Translations under genes and position numbers: made by a program
Source of the DNA: Gammaproteobacteria bacterium
GTDB lineage: Bacteria > Pseudomonadota > Gammaproteobacteria > Pseudomonadales > Pseudomonadaceae
NCBI GenBank assembly: GCA_012800475.1
Contig: JAAZJF010000092.1
Coordinates: 1-34,477, forward strand
Length of the DNA: 34,477 nucleotides
Reading direction: 5' to 3'
The notes under the pieces: model-generated
Database searches by the model: none
Seen by the model: only the letters and a program-made list of their open reading frames with translations
Told to the model about the DNA's origin: nothing
Shown here: piece after piece, positions 1 to 10,242 of the stretch
Layout: the number at the start of each line of letters is the position of its first letter
Position numbering within the stretch: position 1 is the first letter of the stretch

Positions 1-2570
1 GCATCGTTACTGTAGTGCGGATCAATTTTCACTGCTGTGTGTGCTTTAGATGTAGTCGCACCACCAATCAGTAAGGGTAGGTGGAAGTCTTGACGTTGCA
101 TTTCCTTGGCAACATTCACCATTTCATCCAGTGATGGAGTAATCAGACCGGATAAACCAATAATGTCGCATTTTTCTGCAATGGCTGTTTTCAAAATCTT
201 ATCAGCAGGGACCATCACACCTAAGTCAATAATGTCATAGCCGTTACAGCCCAACACCACGGCGACAATGTTTTTACCAATATCGTGTACATCACCTTTG
301 ACGGTCGCCATCAGGATTTTACCTTTAGCTTGCGGTTTATCGCCTTTTTCCGCATCGATAAAAGGCACCAAGTGGGCAACGGCTTGTTTCATCACGCGCG
401 CTGATTTAACCACCTGAGGTAAGAACATTTTACCGCTACCGAACAAGTCGCCAACGATATTCATACCCGACATCAATGGGCCTTCAATCACTTCAATGGG
501 GCGTGCATATTGCTGGCGACACTCTTCAGTGTCTTCCACAATCCATTGAGTGATACCTTTGACTAACGCGTGCTCCAAGCGCTGGTTGACTGGAAAGCTG
601 CGCCACTCTTCGGACTCCACTTCCTTCACTGAACCATCGCCACGGTAATCCTCAGCGATGGCCAGTAAGGCTTCAGTACCGTTTTGTGTACGGTTGAGAA
701 TGACGTCTTCAACTTTTTCCCGTAGCTCAGCGGGAATCTGATCGTAAATTTCCAACTGCCCAGCGTTCACAATCCCCATGTTCAAACCATTTTGAATGGC
801 GTGATAGAGAAAGACTGAGTGAATCGCTTCACGCACTGGGTTGTTGCCACGGAAGGAGAACGACACGTTGGACACGCCGCCTGAGGTCAGCGCATGCGGC
901 AGGTTATCGCGAATCCACGCGCAGGCTTGAATAAAATCCACCGCGTAGTTGTTGTGTTCTTCAATCCCTGTGGCAACCGCAAAAATATTGGCGTCAAAGA
1001 TAATATCTTCCGGCGGGAAGCCCACTTGATTGACCAAAATATCGTAAGAGCGGGCGCAGATTTCCTGTTTACGTGCTGCGGTATCGGCCTGACCTTGTTC
1101 ATCAAAGGCCATCACCACCACGGCTGCACCATAACGACGGCACAGCTTGGCGTGCTTAATAAACTCATCCACGCCTTCTTTCATGGAAATGGAGTTGACG
1201 ATGCCTTTACCTTGAATGCATTTCAGACCCGCTTCAATAATGTCCCATTTGGATGAGTCAATCATGATTGGCACGCGCGAGATATCCGGCTCACCGGCGA
1301 TTAGATTGAGGAAGGTGATCATGGCCGCTTTGGAGTCCAGCATGCCCTCGTCCATGTTGATATCAATCACCTGCGCGCCGGACTCAACCTGCTGCAGTGC
1401 AACGGCGAGGGCTTCAGTGTAATTGTCTTCACGAATCAAACGGGCAAAACGAGCGGAACCGGTGATATTGGTGCGCTCACCGACGTTGACAAAGAGCGAG
1501 CTGCGATCAATGGTAAAAGGCTCTAAGCCTGAAAGTCTGCAGGCTTTAGGGATGTCAGGGATCACACGCGGTGGGTACTTAGCGACTTTTTCGGCAATGG
1601 CACGAATGTGCTCAGGCGTGGTACCGCAGCAGCCGCCGACAATATTGATAAAGCCAGACGCGGCAAACTCTTCAATCATGGCTGCCGTTTCTTCTGGCGT
1701 TTCGTCATATTCAGCGAACGCATTGGGCAGACCTGCGTTGGGGTGAGTCGATACAAAGGTGTCGGCTTTTTCTGAGAGTTCTTGCAGGTAAGGGCGCAAC
1801 TCTTTTGCACCTAAGGCGCAGTTTAAGCCCACAGATAATGGCTTGCAGTGGCTGATGGAGTTCCAGAAGGCTTCTGTGGTTTGCCCTGATAAGGTGCGGC
1901 CTGAAGCATCCGTGATAGTGCCAGAAATCATAATAGGCAGAGTGATGCCTAATTCTTCAAACACACCTTCCACGGCAAAAATTGCGGCTTTAGCATTGAG
2001 TGTATCGAAAATAGTTTCGATCATAATAATGTCAGCACCGCCGTTGACTAGACCGCGTGTGGCTTCACTGTAATTCTCAACTAAAATGTCAAACGTCACA
2101 TTGCGGTAACCTGGGTTATTGACGTCCGGCGACAATGAACAGGTGCGACTGGTTGGGCCAAGTACCCCAGCGACAAAGCGTGGTTTGTCGGGGGTTTCTA
2201 AGGTTTTAGCATCGACCACTTCGCGGGCAATGCGTGCCCCCTCAAAGTTCAGTTCATAGGCAACAGATTCAAGCCCATAATCCGATTGTGAGACTTGCGT
2301 TGAGTTAAAGGTGTTGGTTTCAATAATATCTGCGCCCGCATCAAGGTAGGCTTTTTCAATCTCTTGAATCAGCCTGGGCTGAGTCAAAATGAGCAGGTCA
2401 TTATTGCCTTGTAAGTCGTGTGGCCAGTCAGCAAAGCGTTCGCCGCGAAAATCATCTTCAGTGAACTTGTAGCTTTGAATCATGGTGCCCATGCCACCAT
2501 CAAGTACCAAAATCCGTTGCTTTAAAGCGGTTTGCAGAGCGAGTGTGCGAGCTTGATGATGCTTGGCCAT
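1..2570 (-). CDS. metH: Cobalamin-dependent methionine synthase (5' part; 3' end runs off the window)
   Basis: Absent from the ORF track; read manually. ATG at 2570 gives [32 protein letters not shown]. The B12-binding motif [15 protein letters not shown] near 265-310 is in the same frame, with its His at about residue 762. Confidence 0.97.
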   Translation of the reverse strand, partial: MAKHHQARTLALQTALKQRILVLDGGMGTMIQSYKFTEDDFRGERFADWPHDLQGNNDLLILTQPRLIQEIEKAYLDAGADIIETNTFNSTQVSQSDYGLESVAYELNFEGARIAREVVDAKTLETPDKPRFVAGVLGPTSRTCSLSPDVNNPGYRNVTFDILVENYSEATRGLVNGGADIIMIETIFDTLNAKAAIFAVEGVFEELGITLPIMISGTITDASGRTLSGQTTEAFWNSISHCKPLSVGLNCALGAKELRPYLQELSEKADTFVSTHPNAGLPNAFAEYDETPEETAAMIEEFAASGFINIVGGCCGTTPEHIRAIAEKVAKYPPRVIPDIPKACRLSGLEPFTIDRSSLFVNVGERTNITGSARFARLIREDNYTEALAVALQQVESGAQVIDINMDEGMLDSKAAMITFLNLIAGEPDISRVPIMIDSSKWDIIEAGLKCIQGKGIVNSISMKEGVDEFIKHAKLCRRYGAAVVVMAFDEQGQADTAARKQEICARSYDILVNQVGFPPEDIIFDANIFAVATGIEEHNNYAVDFIQACAWIRDNLPHALTSGGVSNVSFSFRGNNPVREAIHSVFLYHAIQNGLNMGIVNAGQLEIYDQIPAELREKVEDVILNRTQNGTEALLAIAEDYRGDGSVKEVESEEWRSFPVNQRLEHALVKGITQWIVEDTEECRQQYARPIEVIEGPLMSGMNIVGDLFGSGKMFLPQVVKSARVMKQAVAHLVPFIDAEKGDKPQAKGKILMATVKGDVHDIGKNIVAVVLGCNGYDIIDLGVMVPADKILKTAIAEKCDIIGLSGLITPSLDEMVNVAKEMQRQDFHLPLLIGGATTSKAHTAVKIDPHYSND

Positions 2571-2779
2571 GGGTGTCCACCTAGATTAAATACAGTGCAA
2601 TCAAAAAAGTCGTTCATCATAACAAAACATCGCTGGCTTGAGTAAAAAGGCGCAAGGCTCTCGGTTGTGTGCAGAGTTAGGTGGCCAGCACACACTGGTG
2701 TGTTCGCGCAGGCAGGGTCGCAATGAGGTGGTCTGCGCTGAGAAGTGCTTTATACTGTCGCGCTTTAATCTTGAGATAA

Positions 2780-5071
2780 GTGGTCATAACCGTGATTAAG
2801 GGATGGTGTTTAAGTGTTTTGGGGTTGGTGTTGAGCCTACCTGTTTGGGCCGCGCAGACTTCATACAGCGAGCATATTCAGCCGATTTTTACCGATAAAT
2901 GTGTCGCTTGCCATGCCTGTTATGACGCACCCTGCCAATTGAATTTAGGTAGCGGTGAAGGTTTGCAGCGGGGCGCGCATCAAGAACCTATTTATAATGG
3001 TGCGCGTAAAGTAGCCCAACAAACCACGCGTCTGTTTACCGATGCTACGCATATCGAAGGTTGGCGTGAGAAGGGCTTTTATGATGTGTTAGGCCAAGAT
3101 CAAGCACAAGCTGCGCTCTTGACCGGCATGTTGGCGCTGGGTCGTCAGCAGCCTTATGCTCCGAACAGCCGTTTACCCGACGATTTAAATGTTGCTCTGT
3201 CACGCAGCAATCAATGCCCACAGCCGCATGAATTTGCCCAATATGCGCAGAAAAACCCTCACGGTGGTATGCCTTTTGCGGTGACAGGTTTAACTGATGC
3301 AGAACACCAGCGCGTGGAGCAGTGGCTTCAGGATGGCGCACAGCTGGATTGGCAAAGCTGGACAGCTAACGCCCACGAGCAACAACAAATCGAAGACTGG
3401 GAGGCGTTTTTAAATACGCCCGGTGCGCGCGAATCTGTGGTCAGCCGTTGGATCTATGAGCATTTGTTTATTGCTCATATTCATTTTCAGGACGGTGACA
3501 CCACGCACTTTTTTAAACTGGTACGCTCGCGCACGCCCACAGGCGAGCCCGTTAAAGAGATCGTCACGCGTCGCCCCAACGATGACCCAGGCGTGAGTAT
3601 GTATTACCGTTTTGTCCCCGTGGCCGATGTGATCGTGCATAAAACGCATATTACGTATGGTATGAGTCCAGAAAAACTAACCCATGTGCAAGCGTTGTTT
3701 TTTACCGATGATTGGCAGACGGATAAAGTGCCAGGCTATGGGGCGTTCTCGCGTAGCAATCCCTTTGAAACTTTTGCCATGATTCCAGCGCGGGCGCGCT
3801 ATCAGTTTATGCTCGATGATGCTGAGTACTTTGTGCGCACCTTTATTCGCGGGCCGGTGTGTCGCGGTCAAATTGCCACGGATGTGATTCGTGATCAGTT
3901 TTGGACGTTTTTTCAAGACCCTGAGCACGATGTGTATGTCACAGATACGGCCTATCAGCATCAAGTGAATCATTTGCTGGCGATGCCCGGGCAGTTTGAT
4001 GCCATTACTGATTTGGTATCAGGCTGGCGCAGCTATAAAAAGAAGCGCAATCGCTATGAAAATATACGCCGCAAACGCTATAAAAATGCTGAGTTACCCG
4101 ATTGGCCACATCTGTGGAGCGGCAACGACCAAGCCTTGCTCAGTATTTTTCGTCAGCATGATAGCGCCACCGTGCGTAAAGGTTTAGTGGGTGATGTGCC
4201 TAAAACCATGTGGCTGTTGGATTTTCCTTTACTGGAGCGCACCTATTATCAGCTGGTGGTGAACTTTGATGTGTTTGGCAGCGTGTCGCATCAAGCACAA
4301 ACGCGTTTGTATTTTGATTTAATCCGCAACGGTGCTGAGGTCAATTTTTTACGTCTAATGCCACCGGCTGTGCGTCAAGATATGCTGGACAGTTGGTATC
4401 AGAAAAGTGGCAAAGTGAAGTTGTGGTTGGATTACACAAAAATTGATGACGATACCCAAAGCGCTTTAGCTTTGCCCTCTGGCAATACTTTGCGGGTGTT
4501 TGCTCATCAATTGCTGGATCGTTTTGATGCAATTAATGCGCGACCTGATCCGATTAATCGCTGCCTTAGCGCCCACTGTAATCGTTCGGAATTAAGTCGT
4601 GAAGCGGCCAATGTTGAGCATGTGTTGTCGCGTTTAGCCAGTCGTCCTGCTGCTGCTTTGAAGGTGATTCATCACCTGCCTGAAGCAACCATGGTACGCG
4701 TTGAGCTGAGCAATGGTGAGCGTGAGGTGTATAGCGTTTTGCGTAACCGCGAGCACACCAACGTGGCCTTTATGATGGGTGAATCACTGCGCTATCAGCC
4801 CGGCTTAGATACCTTAACCGTCTACCCTGAAGTGATGAGCAGTTATCCCAATTTTATCTTTAATGTGCCAGCGGCGCAGATACCTGATTTTGTTGGGGCG
4901 TTAGAGCAGGCTAAAGATGAGCTGGCGCTGCGTGAGGTGGTTGAGCGCTGGGGAATACGTCGCACCCACCCGCAGTTTTGGGCCTACTTTCATGACTTAG
5001 CTGAGCATATTCGTGAGCGACAACCTTTAGAGGCGGGCGTGCTGGATATGAACCGTTACGAAAACTTATAA
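2780..5071 (+). CDS. cti: Fatty acid cis/trans isomerase (periplasmic c-type haem protein)
   Basis: Signal-peptide-like N-terminus, CVACH haem-c motif, FIRGPVCRGQIATDVI segment and C-terminal LDMNRYENL. Divergent from metH as in pseudomonads. Start codon slightly uncertain. Confidence 0.93.
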   Translation: MVITVIKGWCLSVLGLVLSLPVWAAQTSYSEHIQPIFTDKCVACHACYDAPCQLNLGSGEGLQRGAHQEPIYNGARKVAQQTTRLFTDATHIEGWREKGFYDVLGQDQAQAALLTGMLALGRQQPYAPNSRLPDDLNVALSRSNQCPQPHEFAQYAQKNPHGGMPFAVTGLTDAEHQRVEQWLQDGAQLDWQSWTANAHEQQQIEDWEAFLNTPGARESVVSRWIYEHLFIAHIHFQDGDTTHFFKLVRSRTPTGEPVKEIVTRRPNDDPGVSMYYRFVPVADVIVHKTHITYGMSPEKLTHVQALFFTDDWQTDKVPGYGAFSRSNPFETFAMIPARARYQFMLDDAEYFVRTFIRGPVCRGQIATDVIRDQFWTFFQDPEHDVYVTDTAYQHQVNHLLAMPGQFDAITDLVSGWRSYKKKRNRYENIRRKRYKNAELPDWPHLWSGNDQALLSIFRQHDSATVRKGLVGDVPKTMWLLDFPLLERTYYQLVVNFDVFGSVSHQAQTRLYFDLIRNGAEVNFLRLMPPAVRQDMLDSWYQKSGKVKLWLDYTKIDDDTQSALALPSGNTLRVFAHQLLDRFDAINARPDPINRCLSAHCNRSELSREAANVEHVLSRLASRPAAALKVIHHLPEATMVRVELSNGEREVYSVLRNREHTNVAFMMGESLRYQPGLDTLTVYPEVMSSYPNFIFNVPAAQIPDFVGALEQAKDELALREVVERWGIRRTHPQFWAYFHDLAEHIRERQPLEAGVLDMNRYENL

Positions 5072-5081
5072 AAGTATCAGG

Positions 5082-5109
5082 CGCGGCTTCAACTTATATT
5101 GAAGCCGCG
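5082..5109. terminator. Stem-loop between convergent cti and slt, probable bidirectional terminator
   Basis: CGCGGCTTCAA-cttata-TTGAAGCCGCG is a perfect 11-bp inverted repeat; the U-tracts are weak. Confidence 0.65.
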
Positions 5110-5123
5110 TAGCAAAGCTGCAG

Positions 5124-7052
5124 TTACTGCTGGTCAAATGAGCGTTCATGCCACTCAACCAGTGGCATGGGGGTTTTAAGTTTGTCGCCATAAATCACTG
5201 AGTAGGCCAGTACGTTCTGCACATATAAACGTGTTTCATCAAAGGGAATGCTTTCCACCCAGACATCATAGGGTAAATGTTTGGCATCACGCAGCCATTG
5301 ACGTACGCGCCCTGGGCCTGCGTTATAGGCGGCTGAAGCCAGCACACGGTTACCCTTAAACTGACCCAGCACTTGGCTTAAATAGGCTGCGCCCAGTTGA
5401 ATATTAATTTCGGGAATCACCGCACTGCGTGGATTGGCTAAAGCAATACCGTAGCGCTGCGCGGTTTCTTTTGCGGTGGCCGGCATCAGCTGCATTAATC
5501 CCATAGCGCCTACGTGGGATTTGGCTTGAATCATAAAGGCACTTTCTTGACGCGTGACTGCAAACATCCAGCTGGATTGTAAGCCACGGTTTTTCGCTTC
5601 AGTGACAAAGTTGCTGCGGTGCGCCATGGGGAAACGAATGTCTAAGTCATCCCAATATTGGGCTCGACTGATATTGCGAATAGCGGGGAAGTACCAGCCC
5701 ATGTCGTAAGCAATACGTGCTTGCGCTACCAGTTCATCGCGGCTTAAAAAATCACTTAGGTGGTACCACTCGCGGTGTGATTCTGTCATCTCATCGCGGC
5801 TATTAAACTCTAATGCACGCTTGGCACCGGCGGCATTGCGTACCTTTTGTAGTGTTTGAGCTTGCAACGCTAAAGGTTGGTGCTGCAGGTGATAGGGTTG
5901 TTTGCTCTGGTCAGCAGCCATAAATCCATAAAAATCACGCTCACGAGCCAGAGGTTGATACAGGACTAACGGCTGTTGGCTCGCAGGTTGCGCCAATTGC
6001 AGACTGCGTGCTTGCCAGTAGCGCCAGCGGTTACTCTTGGCGAGTTCATCCGGTAAGTTGCCAATCACTTGATAGGCTTCATTCCAGCGCCCTAAGCGCA
6101 GCAATAAACGCACACGCCATTCGCTGAGGTTGGCGTTGTGCATCTTAGGATCATATTTTTGCATAATGGTTAAGGCGCGCGGATCAAAACGCTTCGCCAG
6201 ACGCAAGCCAATATCATTGGCCAGTTTAAGTTGATCGTCTGGGCTGAATGCCACCTGTTTTTCATACTGGGTAAGCAGCTGTACGCTGGCATCAAGGTCT
6301 TGGGTGGCCAATCTGCGCAAGCCTAGCGCGATGACTTCGGCACTGCGCTGATCTTTACCGGAAAAGCGCTGTGTTTGCTTGAGCAGCTCAGGCTTTTGCG
6401 CCACATCAATCAGGCGCTGGCCATGCGCTTGCTGGCTGTCGAGTAGCTTGACTAAATAGTTGGATACACCAAAGTTACGGGCTTCGGTGGCCAGTTTTAA
6501 GCGTTGCCAGATTTTATCTTCAGTTAAGTGCCCGGCGGCGCGCCATGTGTCGAATAATGGATCGCAGGCATTGGGTTGTGATTGCGCGCTGAGCCATAGT
6601 TTTTCTGCACTTGCGTAGGCGGCTTGGACTTGATTGTGCTCCAACTGATAGCGTGCGAAGCGACAATCGAGCTCAGTGAACTGCAAGTCAGGGCTGTAGT
6701 ACTTTAAAAACAAGGGCCACTGTTGACGCTCGCTCAGCAGGCGCAACCAGCGCAGCTTCATCCATTTGATCTGGGGTAAATCACCGTGTTCAAGCAAAAA
6801 CTTTTCAACTTCAGCAGGCTGTGCGCTGCTTAAGCGTTGAGTCAATTCATCGTAAGCTAAATAGGGGGTCAGCGGGTAGTCACGTAATACCACACGGTTT
6901 TGCAGATAGACCGATGTGTCGTTTTTACTTAACCCAAGCTTGGCTTGATCATATATAGCGCGTTGTTGTGGCAGTGAGGCTGCCTGCACTGAGATAAAAG
7001 GGGTGCACAAAACAATCAATAAGCTCAGAGGTAATGCATACAAACTGCGCAT
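5124..7052 (-). CDS. slt: Soluble lytic murein transglycosylase Slt70
   Basis: Signal peptide, helical U/L domains, and SLT catalytic motifs RQESAF, GAMGLMQLMP, AYNAGPGRV and ETRLYV. Confidence 0.95.
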   Translation of the reverse strand: MRSLYALPLSLLIVLCTPFISVQAASLPQQRAIYDQAKLGLSKNDTSVYLQNRVVLRDYPLTPYLAYDELTQRLSSAQPAEVEKFLLEHGDLPQIKWMKLRWLRLLSERQQWPLFLKYYSPDLQFTELDCRFARYQLEHNQVQAAYASAEKLWLSAQSQPNACDPLFDTWRAAGHLTEDKIWQRLKLATEARNFGVSNYLVKLLDSQQAHGQRLIDVAQKPELLKQTQRFSGKDQRSAEVIALGLRRLATQDLDASVQLLTQYEKQVAFSPDDQLKLANDIGLRLAKRFDPRALTIMQKYDPKMHNANLSEWRVRLLLRLGRWNEAYQVIGNLPDELAKSNRWRYWQARSLQLAQPASQQPLVLYQPLARERDFYGFMAADQSKQPYHLQHQPLALQAQTLQKVRNAAGAKRALEFNSRDEMTESHREWYHLSDFLSRDELVAQARIAYDMGWYFPAIRNISRAQYWDDLDIRFPMAHRSNFVTEAKNRGLQSSWMFAVTRQESAFMIQAKSHVGAMGLMQLMPATAKETAQRYGIALANPRSAVIPEINIQLGAAYLSQVLGQFKGNRVLASAAYNAGPGRVRQWLRDAKHLPYDVWVESIPFDETRLYVQNVLAYSVIYGDKLKTPMPLVEWHERSFDQQ

Positions 7053-7233
7053 AAAAAATCCTAGAAATAAATGCCCAGTAACAGCCCATGCCGTGCTGTG
7101 CTCATGGCCAAAGCAGCATAGCTTAGCTGCTTGTGTACAGGGGTGAAAGAGGCGTATTCAGGCTTAAATACAGATATTCAACGAATCACGGTACTAACCT
7201 GTACAATACGTCGCAGATTTTAGGAGAACCACC

Positions 7234-9153
7234 ATGACTTTGCTCAAATTAACTCAAGTATCACTCGCCTACGGCGCTACTCCACTGTTGGAGGGTGTCT
7301 CATGGCAGATTGCCCGTGGCGAGCGCGTGTGCATCATTGGCCGCAACGGTACGGGCAAGTCAAGTATGTTGCATATCGTTCGCGGCGCGCGTACGCCCGA
7401 TGGTGGTGAGGTTTGGCGCGCGCCAGGCTTAAAAATAGGTGAGTTGCCACAAGAGTTACCCGTTGCCGATGATCGTACTGTATTTGATGTAGTGGCAGAA
7501 GGTCTAGATGGCGTCGGTGAATTATTGGCACAGTTTAATCATTTAAGTCAAAACATTGTCACTGATGAAGACTTAAATAAAATGATGCATGTGCAGCAAG
7601 AGCTTGAGGCGCGTGATGGTTGGCGCTTACAGCAATTGGTCGACAGCACGCTCAGTCGTTTGCAGTTACCTGCTGATAAAAAACTCAATGAGTTATCAGG
7701 GGGCTGGCGCCGTCGCGTGTTACTCGCGCAAGCATTGGTTGCTGAGCCTGATTTACTGCTGCTCGATGAGCCGACCAACCACTTGGATATTGGCGCTATT
7801 GCATGGCTGGAAGAAGCTCTGCTGAACTTCACCGGTGCGGTCTTGTTTATTACCCACGACCGGGCATTTCTACAAAACTTAGCCACCCGTATTTTAGAGC
7901 TGGACCGTGGTCACTTGATCGACTGGAATGGTGACTATGCAAGTTTTCTAGAGCATAAAGAGCAGCAACTTGCCGCTGAAGAAACCGCCAATGCATTGTT
8001 TGATAAAAAGCTGGCGCAAGAAGAAGTGTGGATTCGCCAAGGTATTAAAGCGCGCCGTACGCGTAACGAAGGTCGTGTACGTGAGCTGAAAGCGTTGCGT
8101 GTCGAGCGCAGTCAGCGCCGTGAGCGCCAAGGTACAGCCAATATCAGCATTGGTGCCGGTGAGAAATCAGGTAAACAGGTGATCGTGGCCGAACATGTCA
8201 GCTTTGCCCATGATGGCGGTCGTCAACTGATTAAAGATTTCTCGATGGTTTTACAACGTGGTGATCGCATCGGTTTGTTGGGTGCCAATGGTAGTGGTAA
8301 AACCACCTTGCTCAAACTGCTGCTCGGTGACTTGCAGCCCACTCAAGGCACGATCGAGGTGGGAACTAAGCTTGAAGTGGCTTATTTTGATCAGTTGCGT
8401 CATCAGTTGGATCCCGAGAAAACGGTGATTGAAAACGTGGGTGAAGGCAGCGACACCATTATGATTAATGGGCAAAGTAAGCATGTGCTCAGCTACTTGG
8501 GCGACTTCTTATTCAGTCCACAGCGTGCACGTACACCGGTTAAAGCTTTGTCAGGTGGTGAGCGTGCTCGGTTGTTGTTAGCTAAATTGTTTACTCGTCC
8601 TGCCAACCTATTGGTGCTTGATGAGCCGACCAACGACTTGGATGTTGAAACCCTTGAGCTGCTTGAAGAAGTGCTGATGGAGTTTAAGGGTACAGTGCTG
8701 ATCGTCAGTCACGACCGTGCATTTTTAGATAACGTGGTTACCAACACCTTAGTCTTTGATGGCACAGGTCGTGTGCGCGAATATGTAGGTGGCTTTGATG
8801 ACTGGCTGCGTCAGGGCGGTAGTATTCGCCTGCTGGGTGCAACTGATGATCTAGAAGCACCCGCGGCAAAAACGAGCGTTAAAGCTGAGGCAGAACCTGC
8901 CGTTGTCGCGCCTTCTGCAGACAGTGCTGAGCCTAAAAAAAAGCTGAGCTATAAGTTGCAGCGCGAACTGGATGCGATTCCAGAGCAGATTGATGCTTTA
9001 GAGACTGAGCTTGCAGCCCTGCATGAGCAAGTGTCTGCTGCTGATTTTTATCAGCAAGCGCAGGATGTCACTGAAGCTGTGTTAGCGAAAATTGATGCAG
9101 TGCAAGCGCAGTTAGACGTTTTGATCGAGCGTTGGGCTGAACTGGACAGTTAA
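7234..9153 (+). CDS. uup: ABC-F family ATPase Uup
   Basis: Two ABC domains (GRNGTGKS and GANGSGKT; LSGGW and LSGGE; DEPTN twice), WIRQGIKARRTRNEGRVR linker and C-terminal KLSYKLQRELD coiled coil. RBS GGAGA upstream. Confidence 0.95.
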   Translation: MTLLKLTQVSLAYGATPLLEGVSWQIARGERVCIIGRNGTGKSSMLHIVRGARTPDGGEVWRAPGLKIGELPQELPVADDRTVFDVVAEGLDGVGELLAQFNHLSQNIVTDEDLNKMMHVQQELEARDGWRLQQLVDSTLSRLQLPADKKLNELSGGWRRRVLLAQALVAEPDLLLLDEPTNHLDIGAIAWLEEALLNFTGAVLFITHDRAFLQNLATRILELDRGHLIDWNGDYASFLEHKEQQLAAEETANALFDKKLAQEEVWIRQGIKARRTRNEGRVRELKALRVERSQRRERQGTANISIGAGEKSGKQVIVAEHVSFAHDGGRQLIKDFSMVLQRGDRIGLLGANGSGKTTLLKLLLGDLQPTQGTIEVGTKLEVAYFDQLRHQLDPEKTVIENVGEGSDTIMINGQSKHVLSYLGDFLFSPQRARTPVKALSGGERARLLLAKLFTRPANLLVLDEPTNDLDVETLELLEEVLMEFKGTVLIVSHDRAFLDNVVTNTLVFDGTGRVREYVGGFDDWLRQGGSIRLLGATDDLEAPAAKTSVKAEAEPAVVAPSADSAEPKKKLSYKLQRELDAIPEQIDALETELAALHEQVSAADFYQQAQDVTEAVLAKIDAVQAQLDVLIERWAELDS

Positions 9154-9193
9154 ACTCTAGTTGCGCTGTAAAGCGCACTCTATGCAATCAATT

Positions 9194-9229
9194 AACAGGC
9201 AAGTGATGCGTCAGCAGCTTGCCTGTTTT
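9194..9229. terminator. Stem-loop between convergent uup and uspA
   Basis: AACAGGCAAG-N14-CTTGCCTGTT followed by TT. Confidence 0.6.
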
Positions 9230-9234
9230 GCATT

Positions 9235-9681
9235 TTAGTCGTCGTCATGCTCACTTAAATCAACCGCCAATATGTCGCAGGGCGCGCCTGATAACAGATC
9301 TTTGGTGGTTGAGCCCAGCAATAAAGCTAAGCCGTGACGACCGTGACTGCCGACAAGAATAAGGTCGCAGTTGGATTCTTTGGCTAATAGATGAATTTCT
9401 TGACGCGGTTGGCCATAACGCAAATGGCAGTTGTTTTCTTTGAGGAGCGCATGCTGTTCAGCAAGAATATTGAGCTTGCTTTGCGCTTGCTCAGTTTGCT
9501 GATCTTGCAGCAATGATAAATCCATCGGCACGTCACCGCCAAATGCCATGGTTAAAGGCTCAACTACATGCACCAGCGTGGCTTGGCACGAGAGCGCTTG
9601 GCAGAGCTTGTGGGCTCTTTCCAAAACGCGATGACAATCTTCAGTTAAATCAATAGCAATCAATATATGGGAATAGGCCAT
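9235..9681 (-). CDS. Universal stress protein (UspA family)
   Basis: YSHILIAIDL N-terminus and DLILVGSHGRHGLALLLGST...APCDILAV USP signature. Confidence 0.93.
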   Translation of the reverse strand: MAYSHILIAIDLTEDCHRVLERAHKLCQALSCQATLVHVVEPLTMAFGGDVPMDLSLLQDQQTEQAQSKLNILAEQHALLKENNCHLRYGQPRQEIHLLAKESNCDLILVGSHGRHGLALLLGSTTKDLLSGAPCDILAVDLSEHDDD

Positions 9682-10074
9682 GGCTGTCTCCAGTCCTTGC
9701 TCGTGGGCTTAGCGCCTTTGAGTACGACATATGTCGATGATAGGCAGCACTTTATATCGCATTGAGCACTGCCGTTGGGTTGCACTTTATGTCTGCACAA
9801 TGTAACGCTCCTCTAGCTCAATTGCACGGACTGATTGATCTGCACGCCTCTGCTATTGTTGTCGTGTTGCCCAAGTATGATTTAGCAATAGCCTGCAGCG
9901 GGGTCAGTGGCTGATACTGGATCAATCACCCTAGGTCGGTTCTCAGATCTGGCGTTATACGCGTATGTCTCTTTTAAAAACGCACTGTTGCAGCACATTT
10001 ACTGATGTTTTTTGGCTTTCTGTAGTGCTGGCAATTGACAAAGAGAAAAAATTGCGTGAATGTGTGCTTACCCA

Positions 10075-10094
10075 AATCAAACGGGCGTATGAAA
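10075..10094. promoter_or_regulatory. Putative PsrA operator upstream of fadBA
   Basis: AATCAAACGGGCGTATGAAA has one mismatch to the PsrA core CAAAC-N4-GTTTG. PsrA is the known fadBA repressor in pseudomonads. A perfect TTGACA lies at 10035-10040. Confidence 0.7.
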
Positions 10095-10242
10095 CTCGAC
10101 TTGGCAGTGCCGCTTAAATTCTTCTGAATATAATAATGGTATGACTGCTCGGCGGTGTTTCGCAAAGTGCCTTGCACAATATTGAATGGCTGGCAGTTTC
10201 AACAAGCTGACTGCGCAGCTTCCATCGAATGGAGATCAGCTG

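Noticed and set aside
887-2073. Several 68-120 aa ORFs in the track over the first 2 kb
   Set aside because: They are antisense or off-frame shadows of metH, which the track missed because it runs off the window.
2571-2779. Possible SAH or cobalamin riboswitch, or MetR box, upstream of metH
   Set aside because: No recognisable riboswitch core on the minus strand and only a half-match to TGAA-N5-TTCA.
7125-7215. CTGTA/TACAG half-sites between slt and uup
   Set aside because: None forms CTG-N10-CAG, so this is not an SOS box.
9760-9815. Minus-strand GAGGAGCGTTAC...CAACGGCAGTGCTCA resembling the ends of an SAH riboswitch
   Set aside because: It lacks the central CAGGCUC element and P1 pairing, and the downstream gene is unrelated to SAH metabolism.
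9911-9925. ANR/FNR-like CTGAT-N5-ATCAA upstream of uspA
   Set aside because: The spacer is 5 rather than 4 nt and the first half-site is imperfect.
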